A DNA stretch of 64,000 bases from assembly GCF_009914755.1 (NCBI RefSeq), contig NC_060939.1. One strand, 5' to 3'. The DNA is from the human T2T-CHM13v2.0 reference genome, Homo sapiens. The notes below the pieces were generated by a model. That model searched no databases. It saw only the letters and a program-made list of their open reading frames with translations, and was not told the origin of the DNA. A program made the position numbers and the translations under genes. How positions within the stretch are numbered: position 1 is the first letter of the stretch; each line of letters begins with the position of its first letter. This document shows positions 13,141 through 28,049 of this stretch, in pieces.

Positions 13141-13430
13141 GCTCAGGCCTGTAATCCCAGCAAATTTGGAGGCCAAGGCAAGGGGATCACAAGGTAAAGA
13201 GATCAAGACCATCCTGGCCAATACAGTGAAAGGCTGTCACTACTAAAAATCCAAAAAATTAGCTAGGCATTGTGGCAGCTGGTGTAGTCCCAGTGTGGTG
13301 TAGTCCAAGCTACCTGGGAGGCTGAGGGAGGGCAATCGCTTGAACCCGTGAGGCAGATGTTGCAGTGAGCAAATTTGGTGCCATTGTACTCCACCCTGTG
13401 CAACAGGACAACACTCTGTCTAAAAAAAAA
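13141..13430 (+). mobile_element. Alu copy in U6
   Basis: Near-identical to the Alu at 959-1248. Confidence 0.95.
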
Positions 13431-15580
13431 TTATATATGATATATGTTATATGTTATGTAATATGCTTTATATGTAATATATAAACTCATATATATTATA
13501 TGTCATAATATATAATAGTTATCCTGTGTCATATTATATATATTATATATTTCATAACATATATAATATATAATACATATTATACATCTTATATATGAAA
13601 ATATGTAATTAGAGATAAAATAACATATAGTTATATATAATATGATATATAACATATATACTATATCATATATGATATATAATATATAATTTTTTATTGC
13701 ATATTATAATTCATATATATTATAATTTATATAATGATATAATTATTTATATAATATAAATAATTATACATGCTTATATAATTATATATAATATAAATAA
13801 TAATATATATAATTACATATTCATATCGTTATATATAATAATACATTTCATATGTAATTATATATATCATATAATAGACAACACACCTAATATATAATAT
13901 ATAATATATATTATACAATATAGGATACAAAAGATGTATGATATATAAGATATCATAATATAATATATATTTTAACATTATGTATGTAACATGTAATATG
14001 TGATATATAAAATAAATTATGTAATATAAAATAATATAATATAATATATACTATATTAAGGTATATTATGTAAAGTATGTAATAAAATTATAAGTAACAT
14101 AATATATAGTTATATATATTATCTTATGTATTTACATAGAGTATTATACAGTTATATATAATTTTAAATTGTTATATATAATTTAATATAAAACAAATAT
14201 AATATACATCATAACATATATATTGTATACCATATATATATTATGTATCATATATTGTATGTTATATATTATATATTCTATATCATATATCATATATTAT
14301 ATGTTATATATATCACATTCCACATTTTGTATATTATAAATTATATACAATATATGACATGTATTATATTATATATAATAAATTATACATTATATGTAAC
14401 ATAGTATATATTATATGTAACATGTATATTCTATGTAAAATATATAATATATAACATATTACATATAATTAATAACATAGACATATAATATATATTTAAC
14501 ATATGTACTATATATACAACGTATTATACATATACTATATAATATATATTATATATATGGCATAAAATATAATATATATTATATGTCATATTTTATATAT
14601 ACAATTATATATTATTATATGTTATTTTATATTATCTATAACATAGATATAATATATATACCTATAATGTATATTACATATAACGTAGATATTATATATA
14701 ATATATATAATGTATATTATATATAACGTAGATATTATATATAATATATATAATGTATATTATATATTTAATACGTATACTAACCATATAATATATTCTA
14801 TATATGATATATAATATATATTATATATGTCATAAAATATAATATATATTATATGTCATTGTATAAATATAATACTTATATATTATCAATTATTATATTA
14901 CATTTAATATATATAATATAAGATGCAGGATGTGAGACAATATTATATATATGTTATTTATATTATATATATGATACTATATATTATTGTATACATAATG
15001 TGTATATATATTTGTGGGTGCCCTATTTCCCATCTCATAACTTGTTTTAAGAAGCGCAGCATAATAATGTGTGGGCTTGGGATTCAGTTTTTGAAACAAA
15101 ACACTGAGCCTTCAATGACCTTTCGGTCTATGTAGAAGCGCTCCTGTCTTCGTGGCAGCAGTTGGACCTCACAATGTGGATTGTGCCGTCACCCTGCAAT
15201 GTTTATGCCCTATCGCCATGGTGACGGGATTAGGGATCTCCTGCTCTTGGTCCTAAAGGCCACTGTCTGTGCTGTGTTTTTCAAAGGTCAGCACAGAGTG
15301 AACCTTTGTGGTTTTATTTTCCCTGAGTTTGATTTTTCTCATGGGGAACCTGTGGTGCTGCTTTGAAGGTATATTCATACTGGCCTTTCAAATGCCAACT
15401 CTTCAAATTACTAGTTAATGCTTTCAAAGTATGTTATTTCAAAAATTATCCTCCGTATTTTCCATATGCAGTTATAAATATTTTGCATGGTTATGTTTCA
15501 TTCCTCAGTTTATATATTTGATTATTGTACCAAGCAGCGTACCTTTGAAATTTTTTTTCATCTAAAAAATATGTAAATTA

Positions 15581-15870
15581 GCTCAGGCCTGTAATCCCAG
15601 CAAATTTGGAGGCCAAGGCAAGGGGATCACAAGGTAAAGAGATCAAGACCATCCTGGCCAATACAGTGAAACGCTGTCACTACTAAAAATCCAAAAAATT
15701 AGCTAGGCATTGTGGCAGCTGGTGTAGTCCCAGTGTGGTGTAGTCCAAGCTACCTGGGAGGCTGAGGGAGGGCAATCGCTTGAACCCGTGAGGCAGATGT
15801 TGCAGTGAGCAAATTTGGTGCCATTGTACTCCACCCTGTGCAACAGGACAACACTCTGTCTAAAAAAAAA
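15581..15870 (+). mobile_element. Alu copy in U7
   Basis: Near-identical to the Alu at 959-1248. Confidence 0.95.
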
Positions 15871-18013
15871 TTATATATGATATATGTTATATGTTATGTA
15901 ATATGCTTTATATGAAATATATAACCTCATATATATTATATGTCATAATATATAATAGTTATCCTGTGTCATATTATATATATTATATATTTCATAACAT
16001 ATATAATATATAATACATATTATACATCTTATATATGAAAATATGTAATTAGAGATAAAATAACATATAGTTATATATAATATGATATATAACATATATA
16101 CTATATCATATATGATATATAATATATAATTTTTTATTGCATATTATAATTCATATATATTATAATTTATATAATGATATAATTATTTATATAATATAAA
16201 TAATTATACATGATTATATAATTATATATAATATAAATAATAATATATATAATTACATATTCATATCGTTATATATAATAATACATTTCATATGTAATTA
16301 TATATATCATATAATAGACAACACACCTAATATATAATATATAATATATATTATACAATATAGGATACAAAAGATGTATGATATATAAGATATCATAATA
16401 TAATATATATTTTACCATTATGTATGTAACATGTAATATGTGATATATAAAATAAATTATGTAATATAAAATAATATAATATAATATATACTATATTAAG
16501 GTATATAATGTAAAGTATGTAATAAAATTATGAGTAACATAATATATAGTTATATATATTATCTTATGTATTTACATAGAGTATTATACAGTTATATATA
16601 ATTTTAAATTGTTATATATAATTTAATATAAAACAAATATAATATATATCATAACATATATATTGTATACCATATATATATTATGTATCATATATTGTAT
16701 GTTATATATCATATATTGTATATCATATATTATATGTTATATGTATCACATTCCACATTTTGTATATTATAAATTATATACAATATATGACATATATTAT
16801 ATTATATATAATAAATTATACATTATATGTAACATAGTATATATTATATGTAACATGTATATTCTATGTAAAATATATAATATATAACATATTACATATA
16901 ATTAATAACATAGACATATAATATATATTTAACATATGTACTATATATACAACGTATTATACATATACTATATAATATATATTATATATATGGCATAAAA
17001 TATAATATATATTATATGTCATATTTTATATATACAATTATATATTATTATATGTTATTTTATATTATCTATAACATAGATATAATATATATACCTATAA
17101 TGTATATTACATAGAACGTAGATATTATATATAATATATATAATGTATATTATATATAACGTAGATATTATATATAATATATATAATGTATATTATATAT
17201 TTAATACGTATATTAACCATATAATATATTCTATATATGATATATAATATATATTATATATGTCATAAAACATAATATATAATATATGTCATTGTATAAA
17301 TATAATACTTATATATTATCAATTATTATATTACATTTAATATATATAATATAAGATGCAGGATGTGAGACAATATTATATATATGTTATTTATATTATA
17401 TATATGATACTATATATTATTGTATACATAATGTGTATATATATTTGTGGGTGCCCTATTTCCCATCTCATAACTTGTTTTAAGAAGCGCAGCATAATAA
17501 TGTGTGGGCTTGGGATTCAGTTTTTGAAACAAAACACTGAGCCTTCAATGACCTTTCGGTCTACGTAGAAGCGCTCCTGTCTTCGTGGCAGCAGTTGGAC
17601 CTCACAATGTGGATTGTGCCGTCACCCTGCAATGTTTATGCCCTATCGCCATGGTGACGGGATTAGGGATCTCCTGCTCTTGGTCCTAAAGGCCACTGTC
17701 TGTGCTGTGTTTTTCAAAGGTCAGCACAGAGTGAACCTTTGTGGTTTTATTTTCCCTGAGTTTGATTTTTCTCATGGGGAACCTGTGGTGCTGCTTTGAA
17801 GGTATATTCATACTGGCCTTTCAAATGCCAACTCTTCAAATTACTAGTTAATGCTTTCAAAGTATGTTATTTCAAAAATTATCCTCTGTATTTTCCATAT
17901 GCAGTTATAAATATGTTGCATGGTTATGTTTCATTCCTCAGTTTATATATTTGATTATTGTACCAAGCAGCGTACCTTTGAAATTTTTTTTCATCTAAAA
18001 AATATGTAAATTA

Positions 18014-18303
18014 GCTCAGGCCTGTAATCCCAGCAAATTTGGAGGCCAAGGCAAGGGGATCACAAGGTAAAGAGATCAAGACCATCCTGGCCAATACAGT
18101 GAAACGCTGTCACTACTAAAAATCCAAAAAATTAGCTAGGCATTGTGGCAGCTGGTGTAGTCCCAGTGTGGTGTAGTCCAAGCTACCTGGGAGGCTGAGG
18201 GAGGGCAATCGCTTGAACCCGTGAGGCAGATGTTGCAGTGAGCAAATTTGGTGCCATTGTACTCCACCCTGTGCAACAGGACAACACTCTGTCTAAAAAA
18301 AAA
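18014..18303 (+). mobile_element. Alu copy in U8
   Basis: Near-identical to the Alu at 959-1248. Confidence 0.95.
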
Positions 18304-20446
18304 TTATATATGATATATGTTATATGTTATGTAATATGCTTTATATGTAATATATAACCTCATATATATTATATGTCATAATATATAATAGTTATCCTGT
18401 GTCATATTATATATATTATATATTTCATAACATATATAATATATAATACATATTATACATCTTATATATGAAAATATGTAATTAGAGATAAAATAACATA
18501 TAGTTATATATAATATGATATATAACATATATACTATATCATATATGATATATAATATATAATTTTTTATTGCATATTATAATTCATATATATTATAATT
18601 TATATAATGATATAATTATTTATATAATATAAATAATTATACATGATTATATAATTATATATAATATAAATAATAATATATATAATTACATATTCATATC
18701 GTTATATATAATAATACATTTCATATGTAATTATATATATCATATAATAGACAACACACCTAATATATAATATATAATATATATTATACAATATAGGATA
18801 CAAAAGATGTATGATATATAAGATATCATAATATAATATATATTTTAACATTATGTATGTAACATGTAATATGTGATATATAAAATAAATTATGTAATAT
18901 AAAATAATATAATATAATATATACTATATTAAGGTATATTATGTAAAGTATGTAATAAAATTATAAGTAACATAATATATAGTTATATATATTATCTTAT
19001 GTATTTACATAGAGTATTATACAGTTATATATAATTTTAAATTGTTATATATAATTTAATATAAAACAAATATAATATACATCATAACATATATATTGTA
19101 TACCATATATATATTATGTATCATATATTGTATGTTATATATCATATATTGTATATCATATATTATATGTTATATGTATCACATTCCACATTTTGTATAT
19201 TATAAATTATATACAATATATGACATATATTATATTATATATAATAAATTATACATTATATGTAACATAGTATATATTATATGTAACATGTATATTCTAT
19301 GTAAAATATATGATATATAACATATTACATATAATTAATAACATAGACATATAATATATATTTAACATATGTACTATATATACAACGTATTATACATATA
19401 CTATATAATATATATTATATATATGGCATAAAATATAATATATATTATATGTCATATTTTATAAATACAATTATATAATATTATATGTTATTTTATATTA
19501 TCTATAACATAGATATAATATATATACCTATAATGTATATTACATATAACGTAGATATTATATATAATATATATAATGTATATTATATATAACGTAGATA
19601 TTATATATAATATATATAATGTATATTATATATTTAATACGTATATTAACCATATATTATATTCTATATATGATATATAATGTATATTATATATGTCATA
19701 AAACATAATATATAATATATGTCATTGTATAAATATAATACTTATATATTATCAATTATTATATTACATTTAATATATATAATATAAGATGCAGGATGTG
19801 AGACAATATTATATATATGTTATTTATATTATATATATGATACTATATATTATTGTATACATAATGTGTATATATATTTGTGGGTGCCCTATTTCCCATC
19901 TCATAACTTGTTTTAAGAAGCGCAGCATAATAATGTGTGGGCTTGGGATTCAGTTTTTGAAACAAAACACTGAGCCTTCAATGACCTTTCGGTCTACGTA
20001 GAAGCGCTCCTGTCTTCGTGGCAGCAGTTGGACCTCACAATGTGGATTGTGCCGTCACCCTGCAATGTTTATGCCCTATCGCCATGGTGACGGGATTAGG
20101 GATCTCCTGCTCTTGGTCCTAAAGGCCACTGTCTGTGCTGTGTTTTTCAAAGGTCAGCACAGAGTGAACCTTTGTGGTTTTATTTTCCCTGAGTTTGATT
20201 TTTCTCATGGGGAACCTGTGGTGCTGCTTTGAAGGTATATTCATACTGGCCTTTCAAATGCCAACTCTTCAAATTACTAGTTAATGCTTTCAAAGTATGT
20301 TATTTCAAAAATTATCCTCTGTATTTTCCATATGCAGTTATAAATATGTTGCATGGTTATGTTTCATTCCTCAGTTTATATATTTGATTATTGTACCAAG
20401 CAGCGTACCTTTGAAATTTTTTTTCATCTAAAAAATATGTAAATTA

Positions 20447-20736
20447 GCTCAGGCCTGTAATCCCAGCAAATTTGGAGGCCAAGGCAAGGGGATCACAAGG
20501 TAAAGAGATCAAGACCATCCTGGCCAATACAGTGAAACGCTGTCACTACTAAAAATCCAAAAAATTAGCTAGGCATTGTGGCAGCTGGTGTAGTCCCAGT
20601 GTGGTGTAGTCCAAGCTACCTGGGAGGCTGAGGGAGGGCAATCGCTTGAACCCGTGAGGCAGATGTTGCAGTGAGCAAATTTGGTGCCATTGTACTCCAC
20701 CCTGTGCAACAGGACAACACTCTGTCTAAAAAAAAA
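20447..20736 (+). mobile_element. Alu copy in U9
   Basis: Near-identical to the Alu at 959-1248. Confidence 0.95.
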
Positions 20737-22879
20737 TTATATATGATATATGTTATATGTTATGTAATATGCTTTATATGTAATATATAACCTCATATAT
20801 ATTATATGTCATAATATATAATAGTTATCCTGTGTCATATTATATATATTATATATTTCATAACATATATAATATATAATACATATTATACATCTTATAT
20901 ATGAAAATATGTAATTAGAGATAAAATAACATATAGTTATATATAATATGATATATAACATATATACTATATCATATATGATATATAATATATAATTTTT
21001 TATTGCATATTATAATTCATATATATTATAATTTATATAATGATATAATTATTTATATAATATAAATAATTATACATGATTATATAATTATATATAATAT
21101 AAATAATAATATATATAATTACATATTCATATCGTTATATATAATAATACATTTCATATGTAATTATATATATCATATAATAGACAACACACCTAATATA
21201 TAATATATAATATATATTATACAATATAGGATACAAAAGATGTATGATATATAAGATATCATAATATAATATATATTTTAACATTATGTATGTAACATGT
21301 AATATGTGATATATAAAATAAATTATGTAATATAAAATAATATAATATAATATATACTATATTAAGGTATATTATGTAAAGTATGTAATAAAATTATAAG
21401 TAACATAATATATAGTTATATATATTATCTTATGTATTTACATAGAGTATTATACAGTTATATATAATTTTAAATTGTTATATATAATTTAATATAAAAC
21501 AAATATAATATACATCATAACATATATATTGTATACCATATATATATTATGTATCATATATTGTATGTTATATATCATATATTGTATATCATATATTATA
21601 TGTTATATGTATCACATTCCACATTTTGTATATTATAAATTATATACAATATATGACATATATTATATTATATATAATAAATTATACATTATATGTAACA
21701 TAGTATATATTATATGTAACATGTATATTCTATGTAAAATATATGATATATAACATATTACATATAATTAATAACATAGACATATAATATATATTTAACA
21801 TATGTACTATATATACAACGTATTATACATATACTATATAATATATATTATATATATGGCATAAAATATAATATATATTATATGTCATATTTTATAAATA
21901 CAATTATATAATATTATATGTTATTTTATATTATCTATAACATAGATATAATATATATACCTATAATGTATATTACATATAACGTAGATATTATATATAA
22001 TATATATAATGTATATTATATATAACGTAGATATTATATATAATATATATAATGTATATTATATATTTAATACGTATATTAACCATATAATATATTCTAT
22101 ATATGATATATAATGTATATTATATATGTCATAAAACATAATATATAATATATGTCATTGTATAAATATAATACTTATATATTATCAATTATTATATTAC
22201 ATTTAATATATATAATATAAGATGCAGGATGTGAGACAATATTATATATATGTTATTTATATTATATATATGATACTATATATTATTGTATACATAATGT
22301 GTATATATATTTGTGGGTGCCCTATTTCCCATCTCATAACTTGTTTTAAGAAGCGCAGCATAATAATGTGTGGGCTTGGGATTCAGTTTTTGAAACAAAA
22401 CACTGAGCCTTCAATGACCTTTCGGTCTATGTAGAAGCGCTCCTGTCTTCGTGGCAGCAGTTGGACCTCACAATGTGGATTGTGCCGTCACCCTGCAATG
22501 TTTATGCCCTATCGCCATGGTGACGGGATTAGGGATCTCCTGCTCTTGGTCCTAAAGGCCACTGTCTGTGCTGTGTTTTTCAAAGGTCAGCACAGAGTGA
22601 ACCTTTGTGGTTTTATTTTCCCTGAGTTTGATTTTTCTCATGGGGAACCTGTGGTGCTGCTTTGAAGGTATATTCATACTGGCCTTTCAAATGCCAACTC
22701 TTCAAATTACTAGTTAATGCTTTCAAAGTATGTTATTTCAAAAATTATCCTCCGTATTTTCCATATGCAGTTATAAATATGTTGCATGGTTATGTTTCAT
22801 TCCTCAGTTTATATATTTGATTATTGTACCAAGCAGAGTACCTTTGAAATTTTTTTTCATCTAAAAAATATGTAAATTA

Positions 22880-23169
22880 GCTCAGGCCTGTAATCCCAGC
22901 AAATTTGGAGGCCAAGGCAAGGGGATCACAAGGTAAAGAGATCAAGACCATCCTGGCCAATACAGTGAAACGCTGTCACTACTAAAAATCCAAAAAATTA
23001 GCTAGGCATTGTGGCAGCTGGTGTAGTCCCAGTGTGGTGTAGTCCAAGCTACCTGGGAGGCTGAGGGAGGGCAATCGCTTGAACCCGTGAGGCAGATGTT
23101 GCAGTGAGCAAATTTGGTGCCATTGTACTCCACCCTGTGCAACAGGACAACACTCTGTCTAAAAAAAAA
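22880..23169 (+). mobile_element. Alu copy in U10
   Basis: Near-identical to the Alu at 959-1248. Confidence 0.95.
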
Positions 23170-25319
23170 TTATATATGATATATGTTATATGTTATGTAA
23201 TATGCTTTATATGTAATATATAACCTCATATATATTATATGTCATAATATATAATAGTTATCCTGTGTCATATTATATATATTATATATTTCATAACATA
23301 TATAATATATAATACATATTATACATCTTATATATGAAAATATGTAATTAGAGATAAAATAACATATAGTTATATATAATATGATATATAACATATATAC
23401 TATATCATATATGATATATAATATATAATTTTTTATTGCATATTATAATTCATATATATTATAATTTATATAATGATATAATTATTTATATAATATAAAT
23501 AATTATACATGCTTATATAATTATATATAATATAAATAATAATATATATAATTACATATTCATATCGTTATATATAATAATACATTTCATATGTAATTAT
23601 ATATATCATATAATAGACAACACACCTAATATATAATATATAATATATATTATACAATATAGGATACAAAAGATGTATGATATATAAGATATCATAATAT
23701 AATATATATTTTAACATTATGTATGTAACATGTAATATGTGATATATAAAATAAATTATGTAATATAAAATAATATAATATAATATATACTATATTAAGG
23801 TATATTATGTAAAGTATGTAATAAAATTATAAGTAACATAATATATAGTTATATATATTATCTTATGTATTTACATAGAGTATTATACAGTTATATATAA
23901 TTTTAAATTGTTATATATAATTTAATATAAAACAAATATAATATACATCATAACATATATATTGTATACCATATATATATTATGTATCATATATTGTATG
24001 TTATATATTATATATTCTATATCATATATCATATATTATATGTTATATATATCACATTCCACATTTTGTATATTATAAATTATATACAATATATGACATG
24101 TATTATATTATATATAATAAATTATACATTATATGTAACATAGTATATATTATATGTAACATGTATATTCTATGTAAAATATATAATATATAACATATTA
24201 CATATAATTAATAACATAGACATATAATATATATTTAATATATGTACTATATATACAACGTATTATACATACTCTATATAATATATATTATATATATGGC
24301 ATAAAATATAATATATATTATATGTCATATTTCATATATACAATTATATATTATTATATGTTATTTTATATTATATATAACATAGATATAATATATATAC
24401 CTATAATGTATATTACATATAACTTAGATATTATATATAATATATATAATGTATATTATATATAACGTAGATATTATATATAATATATATAATGTATATT
24501 ATATATTTAATACGTATACTAACCATATAATATATTCTATATATGATATATAATATATATTATATATGTCATAAAATATAATATATATTATATGTCATTG
24601 TATAAATATAATACTTATATATTATCAATTATTATATTACATTTAATATATATAATATAAGATGCAGGATGTGAAACAATATTATATATATGTTATTTAT
24701 ATTATATATATGATACTATATATTATTGTATACATAATGTGTATATATATTTGTGGGTGCCCTATTTCCCATCTCATAACTTGTTTTAAGAAGCGCAGCA
24801 TAATAATGTGTGGGCTTGGGATTCAGTTTTTGAAACAAAACACTGAGCCTTCAATGACCTTTCGGTCTATGTAGAAGCGCTCCTGTCTTCGTGGCAGCAG
24901 TTGGACCTCACAATGTGGATTGTGCCGTCACCCTGCAATGTTTATGCCCTATCGCCATGGTGACGGGATTAGGGATCTCCTGCTCTTGGTCCTAAAGGCC
25001 ACTGTCTGTGCTGTGTTTTTCAAAGGTCAGCACAGAGTGAACCTTTGTGGTTTTATTTTCCCTGAGTTTGATTTTTCTCATGGGGAACCTGTGGTGCTGC
25101 TTTGAAGGTATATTCATACTGGCCTTTCAAATGCCAACTCTTCAAATTACTAGTTAATGCTTTCAAAGTATGTTATTTCAAAAATTATCCTCCGTATTTT
25201 CCATATGCAGTTATAAATATGTTTCATGGTTATGTTTCATTCCTCAGTTTATATATTTGATTATTGTACCAAGCAGAGTACCTTTGAAATTTTTTTTCAT
25301 CTAAAAAATATGTAAATTA

Positions 25320-25609
25320 GCTCAGGCCTGTAATCCCAGCAAATTTGGAGGCCAAGGCAAGGGGATCACAAGGTAAAGAGATCAAGACCATCCTGGCCAA
25401 TACAGTGAAACGCTGTCACTACTAAAAATCCAAAAAATTAGCTAGGCATTGTGGCAGCTGGTGTAGTCCCAGTGTGGTGTAGTCCAAGCTACCTGGGAGG
25501 CTGAGGGAGGGCAATCGCTTGAACCCGTGAGGCAGATGTTGCAGTGAGCAAATTTGGTGCCATTGTACTCCACCCTGTGCAACAGGACAACACTCTGTCT
25601 AAAAAAAAA
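25320..25609 (+). mobile_element. Alu copy in U11
   Basis: Near-identical to the Alu at 959-1248. Confidence 0.95.
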
Positions 25610-27759
25610 TTATATATGATATATGTTATATGTTATGTAATATGCTTTATATGTAATATATAAACTCATATATATTATATGTCATAATATATAATAGTTA
25701 TCCTGTGTCATATTATATATATTATATATTTCATAACATATATAATATATAATACATATTATACATCTTATATATGAAAATATGTAATTAGAGATAAAAT
25801 AACATATAGTTATATATAATATGATATATAACATATATACTATATCATATATGATATATAATATATAATTTTTTATTGCATATTATAATTCATATATATT
25901 ATAATTTATATAATGATATAATTATTTATATAATATAAATAATTATACATGCTTATATAATTATATATAATATAAATAATAATATATATAATTACATATT
26001 CATATCGTTATATATAATAATACATTTCATATGTAATTATATATATCATATAATAGACAACACACCTAATATATAATATATAATATATATTATACAATAT
26101 AGGATACAAAAGATGTATGATATATAAGATATCATAATATAATATATATTTTAACATTATGTATGTAACATGTAATATGTGATATATAAAATAAATTATG
26201 TAATATAAAATAATATAATATAATATATACTATATTAAGGTATATTATGTAAAGTATGTAATAAAATTATAAGTAACATAATATATAGTTATATATATTA
26301 TCTTATGTATTTACATAGAGTATTATACAGTTATATATAATTTTAAATTGTTATATATAATTTAATATAAAACAAATATAATATACATCATAACATATAT
26401 ATTGTATACCATATATATATTATGTATCATATATTGTATGTTATATATTATATATTCTATATCATATATCATATATTATATGTTATATATATCACATTCC
26501 ACATTTTGTATATTATAAATTATATACAATATATGACATGTATTATATTATATATAATAAATTATACATTATATGTAACATAGTATATATTATATGTAAC
26601 ATGTATATTCTATGTAAAATATATAATATATAACATATTACATATAATTAATAACATAGACATATAATATATATTTAACATATGTACTATATATACAACG
26701 TATTATACATATAATATATAATATATATTATATATATGGCATAAAATATAATATATATTATATGTCATATTTTATATATACAATTATATATTATTATATG
26801 TTATTTTATATTATCTATAACATAGATATAATATATATACCTATAATGTATATTACATATAACGTAGATATTATATATAATATATATAATGTATATTATA
26901 TATAACGTAGATATTATATATAATATATATAATGTATATTATATATTTAATACGTATACTAACCATATAATATATTCTATATATGATATATAATATATAT
27001 TATATATGTCATAAAATATAATATATATTATATGTCATTGTATAAATATAATACTTATATATTATCAATTATTATATTACATTTAATATATATAATATAA
27101 GATGCAGGATGTGAGACAATATTATATATATGTTATTTATATTATATATATGATACTATATATTATTGTATACATAATGTGTATATATATTTGTGGGTGC
27201 CCTATTTCCCATCTCATAACTTGTTTTAAGAAGCGCAGCATAATAATGTGTGGGCTTGGGATTCAGTTTTTGAAACAAAACACTGAGCCTTCAATGACCT
27301 TTCGGTCTATGTAGAAGCGCTCCTGTCTTCGTGGCAGCAGTTGGACCTCACAATGTGGATTGTGCCGTCACCCTGCAATGTTTATGCCCTATCGCCATGG
27401 TGACGGGATTAGGGATCTCCTGCTCTTGGTCCTAAAGGCCACTGTCTGTGCTGTGTTTTTCAAAGGTCAGCACAGAGTGAACCTTTGTGGTTTTATTTTC
27501 CCTGAGTTTGATTTTTCTCATGGGGAACCTGTGGTGCTGCTTTGAAGGTATATTCATACTGGCCTTTCAAATGCCAACTCTTCAAATTACTAGTTAATGC
27601 TTTCAAAGTATGTTATTTCAAAAATTATCCTCCGTATTTTCCATATGCAGTTATAAATATGTTGCATGGTTATGTTTCATTCCTCAGTTTATATATTTGA
27701 TTATTGTACCAAGCAGCGTACCTTTGAAATTTTTTTTCATCTAAAAAATATGTAAATTA

Positions 27760-28049
27760 GCTCAGGCCTGTAATCCCAGCAAATTTGGAGGCCAAGGCAA
27801 GGGGATCACAAGGTAAAGAGATCAAGACCATCCTGGCCAATACAGTGAAACGCTGTCACTACTAAAAATCCAAAAAATTAGCTAGGCATTGTGGCAGCTG
27901 GTGTAGTCCCAGTGTGGTGTAGTCCAAGCTACCTGGGAGGCTGAGGGAGGGCAATCGCTTGAACCCGTGAGGCAGATGTTGCAGTGAGCAAATTTGGTGC
28001 CATTGTACTCCACCCTGTGCAACAGGACAACATTCTGTCTAAAAAAAAA
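27760..28049 (+). mobile_element. Alu copy in U12
   Basis: Near-identical to the Alu at 959-1248. Confidence 0.95.

Larger units (their letters stand above)
1..19788 (+). repeat. Higher-order repeat: 4-unit block (~9743-9745 bp) present twice (U1-U4, U5-U8)
   Basis: Unit lengths are 2440/2439/2431/2433 and then 2440/2439/2433/2433. Diagnostic variants recur with a 4-unit phase (see findings). Confidence 0.88.
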
